Shown one piece after another: positions 35,601 to 48,614 of a stretch of 64,000 nt of DNA; position 1 is the first letter of the stretch, and each line of letters opens with the position of its first letter. The stretch is taken from the NCBI GenBank assembly GCA_002269645.1, contig NIVC01001332.1, positions 186,001-250,000 of the forward strand, written 5' to 3'. The notes beneath the pieces are model-generated. The model did no database searches. It worked only from the letters and a program-made list of their open reading frames with translations, and was not told the DNA's origin. The position numbers were made by a program, and so were the translations under genes. This DNA comes from Macrostomum lignano. Lineage: Eukaryota.

Positions 35601-35964
35601 TATTAATTATATTCACTATGCTTAATCTACCGAGCAACCGTCTTTGTCAACCCCGTGAAGCGCGACACTTGTTGTACAAATTTGTTGGCCCTCGATAATT
35701 AAAGAGTGGTTCTTGTAGGCCGCAGAAACGCTTACTCCTTCCGTGCAAACAGGCCGACCCTTGTGTTCCATCATCAACAGTTTTTTTCTCTTTCAAAGTA
35801 TCTATATCTATACAAGCACCGGCTTCCTCTGTACTTTTGACGTCAATTACAAACTTTTACGAACTGATCGATTAATGCTTCTCGTGACAACAGATCACCA
35901 TCGCCGCTCTCGATGGCTTCTCCATGAATGACCGCTGACAGAACGACTGACTGAGCTCGGGACT

Positions 35965-36275
35965 CCAGACTCGAGGCTCGATTCCAAGTGCAGTCACATT
36001 AATTTGGGGCTGAATTGGAATCTCGGCTTGGCTCTGCTCGTGCAATTAACAGTCTTAAGGGCCAAGCCCCAAGGCGCAGTGAAGTGTACATGCCTAACGA
36101 TAAAATAAAGTTAGGGCCGCTGTACACTCCTGTGTGAGTGTGTGCCTGCGTACGTATCCGCGCGCTTGTGTGCCTGCTCAGGGAAGTCGGCGGAATGGGC
36201 AGCAATGCCTCTCGCCGGTTGTGTGCCTATGTCGCTTAAAGTGCGCCAGGGTGCACACAACCCCCCTGCCTCTAA
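35965..36275 (+). mobile_element. SINE-like family A copy (5'-truncated)
   Basis: Aligns by eye with 10315-10635. Confidence 0.7.
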
Positions 36276-36784
36276 TAGTGAACGAGGCTTGGCAGACGAG
36301 ATGTAGTAAATGAGGCTGGTGTATAATTAGAGCCTGAGAGCGCAATGGGGGTTAGAAAATAATCGCAAAACCCCCAATGACCACGCGCAGTTGTGACTAA
36401 CTGGTTAGGGATTGATGGTCCGGCTCTTGGTTCGAGCTCTCGCGCCTTCCCCCACCACCCCCCATTTTGCATGCAGCTGATTGGTTGAACGCATTATTGT
36501 CTCTCCTCTGCCTTTTTGCCTATCTGGCAGTCGGCTAGCTGTTTAGCTGCGCTGGGCGGCTCTGATTGGCTGGGCGCTAGGCTCTCTCTCTCTCTATCTC
36601 TCTATCTCGCCTATTCTCTCTGCCAAGCCGATCACTTATTATTTGGTCAGCTGTTGCAAAGAATGTAGATTTCGGCTGCCGCGTGCACATGCGCGGACGC
36701 GCACGTAACTTAAGGGCGATCAGCCAGACTTTTTCGTGAAACTATAGAATCGCGCTTCGCGGGTGTTGTACAGCATGATGATAC

Positions 36785-37475
36785 ACATTCTTTCCTGCTC
36801 CCGATTTGTGTTTCGATTCGGTCTGATTGTACTCAACGCCAACCCCCTGCTGTGTCTAAGCTTCAGAGGTAAAAAAACCGCGCCTCGCGTCACGCTTCAC
36901 GGTAAAGTGGACCTTGCAGACTCTGCGCCCTTCAAACAGGTGCCATCGGCATAATAAAACCCCTTTTCACACTGCTCACATGCAGGCGTCCGCTATACTG
37001 CCTCCGGCGGACAGCCCACTGGGTGACCGCCATGCGTATTGATGCGCGGATGGTCAGACCCTATGCTTGTCCCACATATAGAGCACCTTAGTTAGCAGCG
37101 TCTTAGAGTTTCCATACGTGATTACATTACCAGAACTTTCCATGTACCCGCGCTTTCTATAAATAGTAATTCTTTCTAATTGTCAAAATTAAGTACTTTT
37201 TCCTTTTTCTGCGAATTTCTTTAAAAATATATTTCCATGTTATATGCTCCGCTTCAAGAATTAATAGTAATTCCTGCATTTACTTCTAATACTCGTAGTT
37301 GCTATACCTTATACAATACTATATAATTTGTTATAGTCGTAGAAAATTCCAGCGCACCGTAAATTCGTAAATTAAATATACGCCAGGCACTCGGCTAAAA
37401 ACCAAAGCTCCCTTCACTGACTAACCGAACATCTAAAAACCTCAAAGAGTCACCGCCTTCACGTCTCATTTATTT
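36785..37475. repeat. Diverged dispersed duplicate of 27500-28330
   Basis: See the shared blocks listed for 27500-28330. Confidence 0.8.
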
Positions 37476-37974
37476 CGTAAACCCGCTACCGGAGCAATGA
37501 ATGAGGTCGCATGAATTGATCCGCATGAGAACTGATTTTCACCGTGAAGAAGCTGCATGGCTGATCCTATAATTGTTTGGCCGAATGCGTATTGTTCATT
37601 GATGCGTGAATTGTTATAAATGGCGCAAGTGATAGTGCAGCCATCTGTTTGCCTTGCGGTCAAGTCGGTCTTGCTTCCTAAGATTAAAAAGCAGCTGTTC
37701 TTTAACGAAATTATGAATTTTAGCCAACTTTGTGTCTGCAACAGGGCTGTTCGAGTACAATGTACTCGGTACTCGTTTATTATCGAGTTATGACGAGTAT
37801 TAATATATGCCCGAGTTTCTTTCCTAGAAAAGGGAGGAAATATCAACTTTCAAAAATTGATTCTTCACGTGAAGTTTAAGATTTAAAAAAGATACACAGC
37901 TCAGTAGCTTTGCATTTTTATTTTGCTCACTGTTTTTGTATTTGTGTGATATAATTAAATTATGTATAGGGCTG

Positions 37975-38660
37975 GGCGAGTGACTTGGTACTCGGTCACC
38001 CCTGGGTTAGACTGCTCAGTAGTCTGTCACTTCTGGGTTAGAATGCTCGGTACACGGTCACCCCTGGGTTAGACTGCTCGGTAGTCTGTCATATCTGGGT
38101 TAGAGTGCTCGGCACCCGGTCACTCCTGGGTTAGAGTGCTCGGCACCCGGTCACTCCTGGGTTAGAGTGCTCGGCACCCGGTCACTCCTGGGTTAGACTG
38201 CTCGGCACCCGGTCACTCCTGGGTTAGAGTGCTCGGTACCCGGTCACTCCTGGGTTAGACTGCTCGGCACCCGGTCACTCCTGGGTTAGAGTGCTCGGTA
38301 CTCCGTCACTCCTGGGTTAGAGTGCTCGGCACTCGGTCACTCCTGGGTTAGAGTGCTCGGCACTCGGTCACTCCTGGGTTAGAGTGCTCGGCACTCGGTC
38401 ACTCCTGGGTTAGAGTGCTCGGCACTCGGTCACTCCTGGGTTAGAGTGCTCGGCACTCGGTCACTCCTGGGTTAGAGTGCTCGGCACTCGGTCACTCCTG
38501 GGTTAGAGTGCTCGGCACTCGGTCACTCCTGGGTTAGAGTGCTCGGCACTCGGTCACTCCTGGGTTAGAGTGCTCAGTACTCGGTCACTCCTGGGTAGAG
38601 TGCTCGGCACTCGGTCACTCCTGGGTTAGAGTGCTCGGTACCCGGTCACTCCTGGGTAAA
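37975..38660. repeat. 31-bp minisatellite (CTCCTGGGTTAGAGTGCTCGGCACTCGGTCA), about 21 copies
   Basis: Direct reading. Confidence 0.96.
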
Positions 38661-39567
38661 CTGAACAAACTCAGGCTGACTGCGACAGCGACTACAAGCC
38701 TGTCAAGAATGAATGAATGCAGACACAGCTAACCATGCACTTTAGTTCTGCAGTCACGACTGTTTTTGGCGAAGAGATACATGTAGAGGAAAAACTTTAT
38801 AATAAAAAATTATAAGGTTGTTAATAGTTATCTTCATTATTATTTCACTTTGCAACATGTAATCTACCATTGATCTACATGTAGTACACTGGGAATCGTA
38901 TTGGTTTCCCTATGTAAAAACTACCTTGATACAACGACAACACAGAAAGGGGATCAGTAGATAAAAATTAGCGATTTATTTCTCCCCCTCCAAGTCAATG
39001 CACTTTATCCTGCAATGCTCAAGTGACCTGATGCCGTCTGAGTACGTCGTAAACCGAGGCGACAAATCTAAATTTGCCACTTTCCAGCTTCTTCTGAACA
39101 GCGCCGCTCTCTGCTGAGAGGTTTTTTGATACATTCATCATGCAGTTGAAGAAGGACTCAGAACAGATCTTCTGAGCTGACCATCAGCTGAGCAAACAGA
39201 GCTACACAGAATGTGATCTTCAGAACAGATTGTGTGACTATAGAAACACATCTGCAGTTTGTAGCAGTCTGCTTGTTTAAACCTCTTAAAACCTTCAAAC
39301 AACTGTGAAGAAAAGCTTTTGTTGAGAAGGAAAATTTTAAGACATGAGGCAATAATAACAAACATGTAGACTTATAAAACATTAAAACATGTAGACTTAT
39401 AAAACAACCCATGACGTATTACAGTGCATGCATCCTCATTTTAACAGCAAAATTCTCCTTTGATATCTCAGGCTGTTACATGGCACAGAAGTTAAGCAAT
39501 ATCACTAATAACTTGTGAATGAATCACGAGCAAAAGAAGAGTGTCGATACAATCGTTGTGGCCTCAG

Positions 39568-39735
39568 GACCAAGGGGCTTTAACACTAGGGGGCTTTAGC
39601 ACCAAGGGGCTTTAACACTAGGAGGCTTTAACACTAAGGGGATTTAACGCTAGGGGGCTTTAGCACCAAGGGGCTTTAACACTAGGGGGCTTTAGCATCA
39701 AAGGGCTTTAGCACCAAGGGGCTTTAGCACCAGGG
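39568..39735. repeat. Short array of the GGGGCTTTAGCACCA family (related to 371-680)
   Basis: Direct reading. Confidence 0.85.
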
Positions 39736-40317
39736 TACATATGAACACAGTTTATCACTCACTTATCTTCGATCTCCTGGATAACATCCCACGAGTTCTC
39801 TAACTGGTTCTGTTGACAATATTCTGCAGTGCGGTACAACTAAAGAGCTCGACTGTACGTTGATGTCGTGTCCCCGATGCCCATTATTTCGCGTTGCCGA
39901 GTGCAACTAGGGAACGAGAGCAGATTATGAAGGCAGAAGAAAGTTGTTAAGCATGCAGTCCCCTTGCTAAAAAAGCCTAATTTTTCAAAGCTACACCGCC
40001 TGAATTTGCGCCTCAGTCCTGCTCATCCCCTGGGGCAGGATGCATGAGCTTTTCCGCTTTTAATGCGGCGAGGAGCAAGGATCAGCATGATCAGCTAGGA
40101 GTAGGTTTCAAATTCACACTGCTCACAAGCTGTAGCTGGAGTTGTAAAAGCAGAAACTTCGCATAGTTTCGGAGATCATATTTCTACAGTTCGCGCCTCG
40201 ATCGGGGTCTCAACTTGTTTAATTCTCGAATAATCTGATTTAGTTCTCCTAGATACTCGTATGTTCGACGTAAATTGAGCAGCTTTATTCAGTGCTGCCT
40301 ACTGCCTTTTGGCATAT

Positions 40318-40680
40318 CCTGTCCAGTCTTCCTGTCCTGTCCTGTCCTCCCCTATTTTGTCTTATCCGTCCTGTCCTGTCCAATCATGTCCTATCCTGTC
40401 CTATCCTGCCCTGTCCTGTCCTATCCTGCCCTGTCCTGTCCTGTCCTATCCTGCCCTGTCCTGTCCTGTCCTGTCCTGTCTTGTCCTGTCCTATCCTGTC
40501 CTGTCCTGTCCTATCCTGTCCTATCCTGCCCTATCCTGTCCTTTCTTGTCCTGTCCTATCCTGTCCTGTCCTATCCTGCCCTATCCTGTCCTGTCCAGTC
40601 CTGTCCTATCCTGCCCTATCCTGTCCTGTCCTGTCCTGTCCTGTCCTATCCTGTCCTGTCCTAACCTGTCCTGTCCTGTC
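40318..40680. repeat. (CCTGT/CCTAT)n pentamer repeat
   Basis: Direct reading. Confidence 0.95.
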
Positions 40681-40979
40681 CTCCTCTCCCAGCAGAACTC
40701 GTAATAATTGGTGGTACAATCTAGTCACTCATTAATTGCAGATGGAATTAATAATTTATTTATATACATAGTCCTCAAATTGCTAATTTGTTCGTGCAAG
40801 TCGCTCCTCGTTGTCATTATTAATAATGTATAATTGACAAACAATTGATAATTTCAAGCTAACTAAAATTGCAACGTTTTAGTAAAGTCTCGTGCTGAAT
40901 ACATCTACGGGTTAGTATAGGGGTGTGTCCGCGAGTTCGTAGTTTTCGTGTTTGATTGCTTCTATAGTGTTCCTTAAAA

Positions 40980-41200
40980 CTCTCCTCTTCATCACTCTCA
41001 TCTTCACTCTCCATCTCTCCCTACACTCTCCTAACACTCTCCCTCACCCTCTCTACACTCTCTTAACACTCTCCCTCACTCACTCTCACACTCTCTACAC
41101 TCTGCATACTCTCTCCCTACACTCTCCCTACACTCTGCATACTCTCTCCCTACACTCTCCCTACACTCTGCATACTCTCTGCATACTCTCTCCCTACACT
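40980..41200. repeat. CT-rich degenerate repeat (CTCTCCCTACACTCTGCATA)
   Basis: Direct reading. Confidence 0.8.
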
Positions 41201-41403
41201 CTGCATACATTCCCAATGCACTATTTCTACACTTTCTACACAACACAACCGCACACTCACTTTACTTTGATGTTATATACTGATTAAAAAATCACGCATG
41301 AAAAGAACTAAGTTCAACACGCACTGAAACACATTCAAACTTTGTACACTGCAGGTCTACAAATACTTTTCATGCAGTTTTGTCAGTGTATAGATATCTG
41401 ATA

Positions 41404-41676
41404 TCATTGCTGGTTGCAGCACCTGGCTCGCAGGACCGTGAACAGCCGCTTGAATGCTGCCCGAAACTGTCTATTGCAATAGGCGTAGATGAGGCTGTTA
41501 GTTGAGAAATGCATGATGTAGAGTGTCTGGGCGCACCTGCGAACCAGATTGAATTGCATCATCGATTTCTCGGGAGCGTAGCGGCCAAGTACGAAATGAC
41601 CAAATAGTAAAGCGATGTAGTTGGGGAAGCTGCACACCAGGTAGCCCAGCGAGAAACCGATCAGCATCCTCGTTAC
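41404..41676 (-). CDS. GPCR-D exon 3 (TM6-TM7-helix 8)
   Basis: Encodes VTRMLIGFSLGYLVCSFPNY...HFSTNSLIYAYCNRQFRAAF. A phase-0 AAG acceptor at 41677-78 gives ...QYQ|VTRML. An alternative upstream acceptor is possible. Confidence 0.75.
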   Translation of the reverse strand, partial: VTRMLIGFSLGYLVCSFPNYIALLFGHFVLGRYAPEKSMMQFNLVRRCAQTLYIMHFSTNSLIYAYCNRQFRAAFKRLFTVLRARCCNQQ

Positions 41677-41699
41677 CTTGAGTTTGAATTGTGCAAATT

Positions 41700-42392
41700 C
41701 GGTCACACAGTAGCTTATATTGTCTGTCACACAGTAGCTTATATTGTCTGTCACACAGTAGCTTATACTGTCTGTCACACAGCAGCTTATATTGTCTGTC
41801 ACACAGCAGCTTATACTGTCTGTCACACAGCAGCTTATACTGTCTGTTACACAGTAGCTTATATTGTCTGTCACACAGTAGCTTATACTGTCTGTTACAC
41901 AGTACTCGTAGTTTATATTGTCTGTCACACAGTAGCTTATACTGTCTGTTATACAGTAGCTTATATTGTCTGTTACACAGTAGCTTATACTCTCTGTCAC
42001 ACAGTACCTTATATTGTCTGTCACACAGTACCTTATATTGTCTGTCACACAGTAGCTTATACTGTCTGTCACACAGTACCTTATATTGTCTGTCACACAG
42101 CAGCTTATACTGTCTGTCACACAGCAGCTTATATTGTCTGTCACACAGTAGCTTATATTGTCTGTCACGCAGTAGCTTATATTGTCTGTCACACAGTTGC
42201 TTATATTATCTGTCACACAGTAGCTTATACTGTCTGTTACACAGTACCTTATATTGTCTGTCACACAGTAGCTTATATTGTCTTTTACACAGTAGCTTAT
42301 ATTGTCTTTTACACAGTAGCTTATATTGTCTGTCACACAGTAGCTTATATTGTCTGTCACACAGTTGCTTATATTGTCTGTCACACAGCAGG
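41700..42392. repeat. 24-bp minisatellite in GPCR-D intron 2 (reads YCVTDNIS in frame on the minus strand), about 29 copies
   Basis: Direct reading; ORF 41404-42435. Confidence 0.95.
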
Positions 42393-42519
42393 TAACATCA
42401 AATATTACTACGAGTATAGCTGTTGAGGTACGCACTGGCTATGATGGCTATCAATCAAAAGGTCATTAAAGTGCAAGTCACGCAAATCAGCTGAGTGATG
42501 CATACACATGTATCAATAC

Positions 42520-42876
42520 CTGATACTGCTGTCGCTGTGCCGGCGGTGTGCTGCCGACGAGAGACGAGAGACGCCTAGCAGGGCCGACTTCTTGCAGCTC
42601 AACCCCTTCATTTACTGCCCCAACTCCCGGAGGCGAATTGCTCCCGTTCCAGTTTTCCTCGGCCGCACGTCGAGCAACGCAAGTTTTTCTTTGACGAGTC
42701 AGAAATCTACTGATAGTGCAGGCGACGTATGAGTTGATTACAATAAGCAGCAAGCCGGGCACGAATGAGCATGCCAGGCTGTCAAGCAGAAACAGCAGCT
42801 TTCCGGCTCTCTCGCCCATGCACACAACAGTAGTGTTAGTTCCAGGGTGCGGCCCGTAGCTCACGCTCCATTTCAC
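42520..42876 (-). CDS. GPCR-D exon 2 (ECL2-TM5-ICL3)
   Basis: CCAG acceptor and GTATTG donor, phase 0/0. Contains the ECL2 Cys (VVCMG) and TM5 SFVPGLLLIVINSYV. Confidence 0.82.
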
Positions 42877-43014
42877 CTGGAATATCGGGCCACATTAGCA
42901 AAGACTTGGGATGATACTCGATGACGTCATCAAATGATTTATCAATTTTATTGCCTCCAATTCTGCGAGTTCATCCGAGTGTTATTCGATTATCCTACAT
43001 ACACGTACGTCATT

Positions 43015-43320
43015 AAAGAAAGCTTTGACTCTTTGACGTCATTAAACGATGTTTTGATTCTATGACGTCATTAAACGATGTTTTGATTCTATGACGCATT
43101 TGACGATGTTTTGATTCTATGACGTCATTAAAGAAAGCTTTTGTTCTATGACGTCATTAAAGAAAGCTTTTGTTCTATGACGTCATTAAAGAAAGCTTTT
43201 GTTCTATGACGTCATTAAAGAAAGCTTTGGTTCTATGACGTCATTAAACGATGTTTTGATTCTATGACTTCATTAAACGATGTTTTGATTCTATGACGTC
43301 AATAAACGATGTTTTGATTC
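43015..43320. repeat. 29-bp minisatellite (CTATGACGTCATTAAACGATGTTTTGATT); resumes at 45318-45480 and ~45830-45950
   Basis: Direct reading; the array is split by the 43321-45317 element. Confidence 0.9.
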
Positions 43321-45317
43321 TGATGGGTTTCGACCTTCGGGCTCCTTGTTAGGGAAGCCTTCGGGCCTCAGGCTCAGAAATAAATCAATTAGAGACCTGG
43401 CCCCCCACTCCTGTCAGATGGTCAGCCCCATGGTAGCTTGATCGTGTGGCGAGCAGTCTAGGTCCTATAGCTAAGAGAGGGACAGCGAGAGACGAGCAGG
43501 GAGAATTTTGAAAGTAGAAATTAGCTAATCCGCAGATCAACTAACTTGCTGCCACCAGCCCGTGCGCCCTGGCTCACCACACCGGGACTCTCGAAATCGG
43601 GCTTCCGACTAGAAGGGGCTTTGCACTTACCTGCCAACTAGTGTCTTTTTGCTGTCAATCTCGAAGTCATAGCCGATGATAAGGGACACTGCTGGGACTA
43701 GATCGCGTTGGCCATGCAGGTACAGAGGGGACTTGTGCAGGGGATTCTTGCGGTGGCGAGTCTATGGGGTAGCTACATGTACTATTACATTGCTAAATAC
43801 GAATATATGTACTTTTAGCCTTCAACGCGCCAACTAGCCTCTCATAGCGCTGATGATAGGCTAACTCGAACTTCAGAGACCGCATGATTCATTTACCCGA
43901 GCCGCTTGGCTACCCTAGAGTGCACAAAGTACATCTCTGGCGCCGATTCTGCACTTCTGGCAGTTTTGCTCACTGATTTGTTAGATTGGTCGACTGAGAA
44001 CTGCCTTGCCATTGGTCCACTGTGACCGGCGCCTACTAGCTTAGCTACTCATCTGAGCCATCGGCGAACAAAGAAATAAAGCCGACAAAGATAACTGTTA
44101 GATTTAACCTTCTCCTTAATTCACTTCACACTTTAGATTGAATTGGAGTCTTAGACTACTGGCAGTATTATTGAATGATTCCTGCCTCAGCAACAGCACT
44201 ACTGAACAAAATGAGCAAAAGTGTGCGCCTAATTCAGCTACTGCAACAGGGGACAGATAAGGGATCACCCAATCAAGCAAGTCTAGGTAGCCTCTCACCC
44301 AACCAATCAGAAACTCAAACGCCGGAGACCAGTTAATCCACAGTGACCGAATCGGCTCGATGCTCTGCAGCCGTAGACTCGAGATGATGCTGTCACAATC
44401 TTCGCTGTTAGCTAGCAGGTGATGCTCTTAACTTGATGTTCGCTGCTGATGACCGGGGGACTCGTCCTTGATGATGATGGGGGAAGCTGCAATCCGGGGA
44501 TCAAGAAACGACGGTCGTGCTCCGGGAACCAGAAGTTGCGCGCTGGGCCCGAGCCAAGGTAAGAAGAAGTAGCGTCCGAGCGGGCCAAAAACTCCGGTTT
44601 AAATAGCCGCCAACTGGACCGCAGTTTGTTATAACGGAACACGTCGATTCTGATTGGCTGAGCCGTTTTGTTAAAATGAGCGCCGAATTTTCTGATTGGC
44701 TAAGCTCGTTGCTACCCAGAATCACGTGACCGAGAGATCCTATCAGTTCCCACAGGGTCGTAAAAAGATGACAGGTGCGGCCATAAATCACTCAAAATCG
44801 CAACAAAATGATTTATGACCTTTCGCGTAGGATTGACAGAAATTAATGAAAAAATATACATTAGAAAGCTCTTATTAAATAGAAAGTGAAGATAATGAAG
44901 AGAAATCGCTAATCGCTAATCCCAAGGTACTTTTAGGGGTAAAACGCATAGCTGTCAAAGCTGTCACACGCTTGAGTGAATCCGAACAATAGGCTCTGAC
45001 CTCATAAATCTTGATGGCCTGTCAAAATGATGAGAAAAAAGCTACCGCCCGCATCCTCTCAGACCATCTGGCGCCCGCTTCAACACTGAGTGAGGCGCAG
45101 GTGGCTGTCAGATCAGCTTCGAAAGCGATGATTTATGACCCAAAAAGCTGCGCCTATGTTATTATGACTACTAGTATGGCCAGACATTATATCTAGTATA
45201 GATTCTATGAAAATTCGCAGAAAAAGGATAAAAATGCCCACTGCCCACTGTTAGTAGGCAAGTAAGTTTAGAGCCCGTGTGCTAGCGCGGGATTTGGGAA
45301 AAAGTGCGTCCTCATCA
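43321..45317 (-). mobile_element. Solo LTR-like element (1997 bp) in GPCR-D intron 1
   Basis: TGATG...CATCA ends and a 4-bp TSD ATTC (43317-20, 45318-21). On the minus strand, CCAAT boxes (44653, 44695) lie upstream of TATTTAAA (44599). Confidence 0.75.
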
Positions 45318-46056
45318 ATTCTATGACGTCATTAAAGAAAGCTTTGATTCTATGACTTTATTAAACGATGTTTTGATTCTATGACGTCATTAAACGATGT
45401 TCTGATTCTATGACGTCATTAAACGATGACTTGGTTCCATGACGTCATCAAACAATGCCTTGGTTCTATGACGTCATTTGTGGCGTTTGTGCCATGGACA
45501 ATGAACTTTTCCTGTTTTCCGTATGCAACACCCCGGCCCCTTGTCTGAATCACTGCGTCTCTGTCTGGTTCCTCATCTCCGTCTCTCTCTGTCTGTCTGT
45601 CTGTGTGTGACTCACCTCATTGTCTGTATCCCTGCACTGTCTATGTGCGTCCCACTGCCTTCCCTCTACGAAGCTCGGGGCGTACCCACCCCAAATATAC
45701 TGAATATGAGCCTCCCACTCTGCTTGGGAAGGGAGGCATCCCTTTCCGGTATCTCTCTGCAATTTTCAGTTCAACAGAGCAAACTATTTTGCGGTACAAG
45801 CCAGCCTTTGCCTTTCAAGGTTATTACATTATTAAACGATGTTTAAATTTTATGACGTCTTTCCAGCGACGCTTTGATTCTATGATGTCCTCAAACAGTG
45901 CAAACTCAGCTTGAAATTAATTTATGACGCCATCAAATGATGAGTATATGAGGTCATCGTATGATAGTTTATTACTCTAATTTTTGTTGATTTAAGTGAC
46001 CAAGTATTACTGTAATACTGAACTTGGCAATAGCTACTTTCAGTAGTTGAGCTCAC

Positions 46057-46641
46057 CTGAAGATTCCAAGTCAATCCAACAGCCGCCACCGCATAGGTGA
46101 AAATTTTAGCCTTCACAGCTCGCGACCACCCGGTGCCGTAGCCGCCACCACTGGCCCCGTCGGGACTGACGCTGAATTCTCCGACCTTCATGCCGCTGGA
46201 GCTCCCGCCCGCTTCACCACCGCTATTGTTGCTCAACGCAGCGTCCACCTCCTGGCCAACTTCGACACCGCCGTGATTCCACAGGATCATAAATCGATCG
46301 AAGGTGATGGCCACCAGCAGCCAAGCGCTTAGAAACGTAGCCAAACTGTACACATAGTACAGACCGTAGCAGGCTGCCGCAGACAGGTGCTGCAGGTTCA
46401 ACCAGTCCACAAGGCAGAACACCACCAGCAGGGTGAAATCATTCAGAGACAGCCATCGGAGCAACGCAGACAGGTAGTGCCGTCGCACCGGTTCGGCGCA
46501 GAACACGCAGAAATTGATTAGATTGGCTAGAGAGCCGGTGCACAGTAGGGCTGTGTCTACACTATAGAGCAATGCCATAGCGATGCTGTAGGCCTCAACA
46601 GCCAGGCTTGTAACGATTGAATCGTGGGAGAAGTTCCGCAT
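46057..46641 (-). CDS. GPCR-D exon 1 (N-term-TM4). Spliced product about 404 aa
   Basis: GSLANLIN (TM1), LSLND (TM2), SAWLLVAITFDRF (TM3, DRY-like); GTGAGC donor at 46056. Confidence 0.88.
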
Positions 46642-46984
46642 GACTGACCGCTTCTGTGTGATTCAGGAATGATGCTACAGGCCTGCGTGAATCTGCTGCC
46701 AAGACGCATTCTGTATGTATGGCAGCTGCAGGCGCCTGCTATTGGTCCACGAGCTAAGGACCAATAAGAGAGTGCGAGTTGCGACACTCACGGCACAGTT
46801 TTTTTAAATTATAATGCATCGGTTTGCGCGAGCCCGCGAGGGCTAACCGCTGTTAGTGCAAGGGGGGGCTGTTTGGGTGCTGGCTGTCTGGTGGGGTGGT
46901 GGGTGCGTTGGTGCGTGCGCGTGCCTATTTAGGCCGCCACCTTTGTGGCTGCGCGGGGTTGCTCGCGGTAGAGACGGAGAGACG

Positions 46985-47815
46985 GTCTGTCCGTCTCTAT
47001 GTGCTTTGTGTCTGTCCGTCTCTATGTGCTTTGTGTCTGTCTGTCTCTATGTGTCTTAGTGTCTGTCTGTCTCTATGTGCTTTGTGTCTGTCTGTCTCTA
47101 TGTCTTAGTGTCTGTCTGTCTGTCTCTATGTGTCTTAGTGTCTGTCTGTCTTAGTGTCTGTCTGTCTCTATGCGTCTTAGTGTCTGTCTGTCTCTATGTG
47201 TCTTAGTGTCTGTCTGTCTCTATGTGCTTTGTGTCTGTCTGTCTCTATGTGTCTTAGTGTCTGTCCGTCTCTATGTGCTTTGTGTCTGTCTGTCTCTATG
47301 TGTCTTAGTGTCTGTCTGTCTCTATGTGTCTTAGTGTCTGTCTGTCTCTATGTGCTTTGTGTCTGTCTGTCTCTATGTGTCTTATTGTCTGTCTGTCTCT
47401 ATGTGCTTTGTGTCTGTCCGTCTCTATGTGCTTTGTGTCTGTCTGTCTCTATGTGTCTTAGTGTCTGTCTGTCTCTATGTGTCTTAGTGTCTGTCTGTCT
47501 CTATGTGCTTTGTGTCTGTCTGTCTCTATGTGTCTTAGTGTCTGTCCGTCTCTATGTGCTTTGTGTCTGTCCGTCTCTATGTGCTTTGTGTCTGTCTGTC
47601 TCTATGTGTCTTATTGTCTGTCTGTCTCTATGTGCTTTGTGTCTGTCCGTCTCTATGTGCTTTGTGTCTGTCTGTCTCTATGTGCTTTGTGTCTGTCTGT
47701 CTCTATGTGTCTTAGTGTCTGTCCGTCTCTATGTGCTTTGTGTCTGTCCGTCTCTATGTGCTTTGTGTCTGTCTGTCTCTATGTGTCTTATTGTCTGTCT
47801 GTCTCTATGTGTCTT
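46985..47815. repeat. Compound TGTC/TCTATGTG minisatellite
   Basis: Direct reading. Confidence 0.93.
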
Positions 47816-48614
47816 TTCAGGTTTTACTGTCCTCTTTTAGAAAGCGAAATTCCGGCCATGCAGGTCGTATTTTTTGTGACAGTAAAAAACAGAGAGGTGT
47901 TCCTGGAAACAACAATGTTGATTCTGTCCTCTCGTCCACTTTATACGCGACAGTCTGAATTTGGCGATTAAGGGGATGAAAGAATGGAAAATTGAAATTA
48001 GAAATCGGATTTTAGGATCAAATAGCAGCTTATTAGGTAATTTATAAATTAATTAGTCTAATTAGACCAACCGTCTCAAAGTTTAATTTCCGCATAAAAA
48101 GCGAAATCCCAGCCTACTAATCCCCTTGCAAGAGACAAGGAAGCCTAGCAACGAAACTGAGACAAAGAAGAAACCTTTTTGACTTCAAGTACCGCCGTTT
48201 TTATTAAACCGAAGGCAACTCAAACAAATTAATTAATTATTATTAGGAAATATCGACAGCTATAGTGGATAACACATTACAATACGATTCTCGAACTGTT
48301 TTCTTTTCTTTAACGTGTATAAACTAGTAATAATTACCCTACGTTTTATAAAGTACATTTTGGTGTCACTAAAGTTTCAGCTACCGGAACTCTGAGGCAA
48401 AATCAATTTCTAAAGACAAAAAATAATTGAAACAGGTTCAACTAAAGTAATTAAACAGTAGATAATGAATGTGCCAATAAATATCACCTGTAATCGGATA
48501 GCAAATAGTAATAACCATTGAGATGTGGATCAGGGTAAATAAACAATAGGGAGATTACATGTAAGGATATGGTTTCTGGGGTGAGACAAAAATGGGGAGA
48601 TTAATTATGGGATT

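Noticed and set aside
39000-40300. Possible minus-strand exons (for example YCQQNQLENSWDVIQEIEDK at ~39775-39830 with AG/GT flanks)
   Set aside because: Could not assemble a consistent multi-exon frame or recognise a product; needs RNA-seq.
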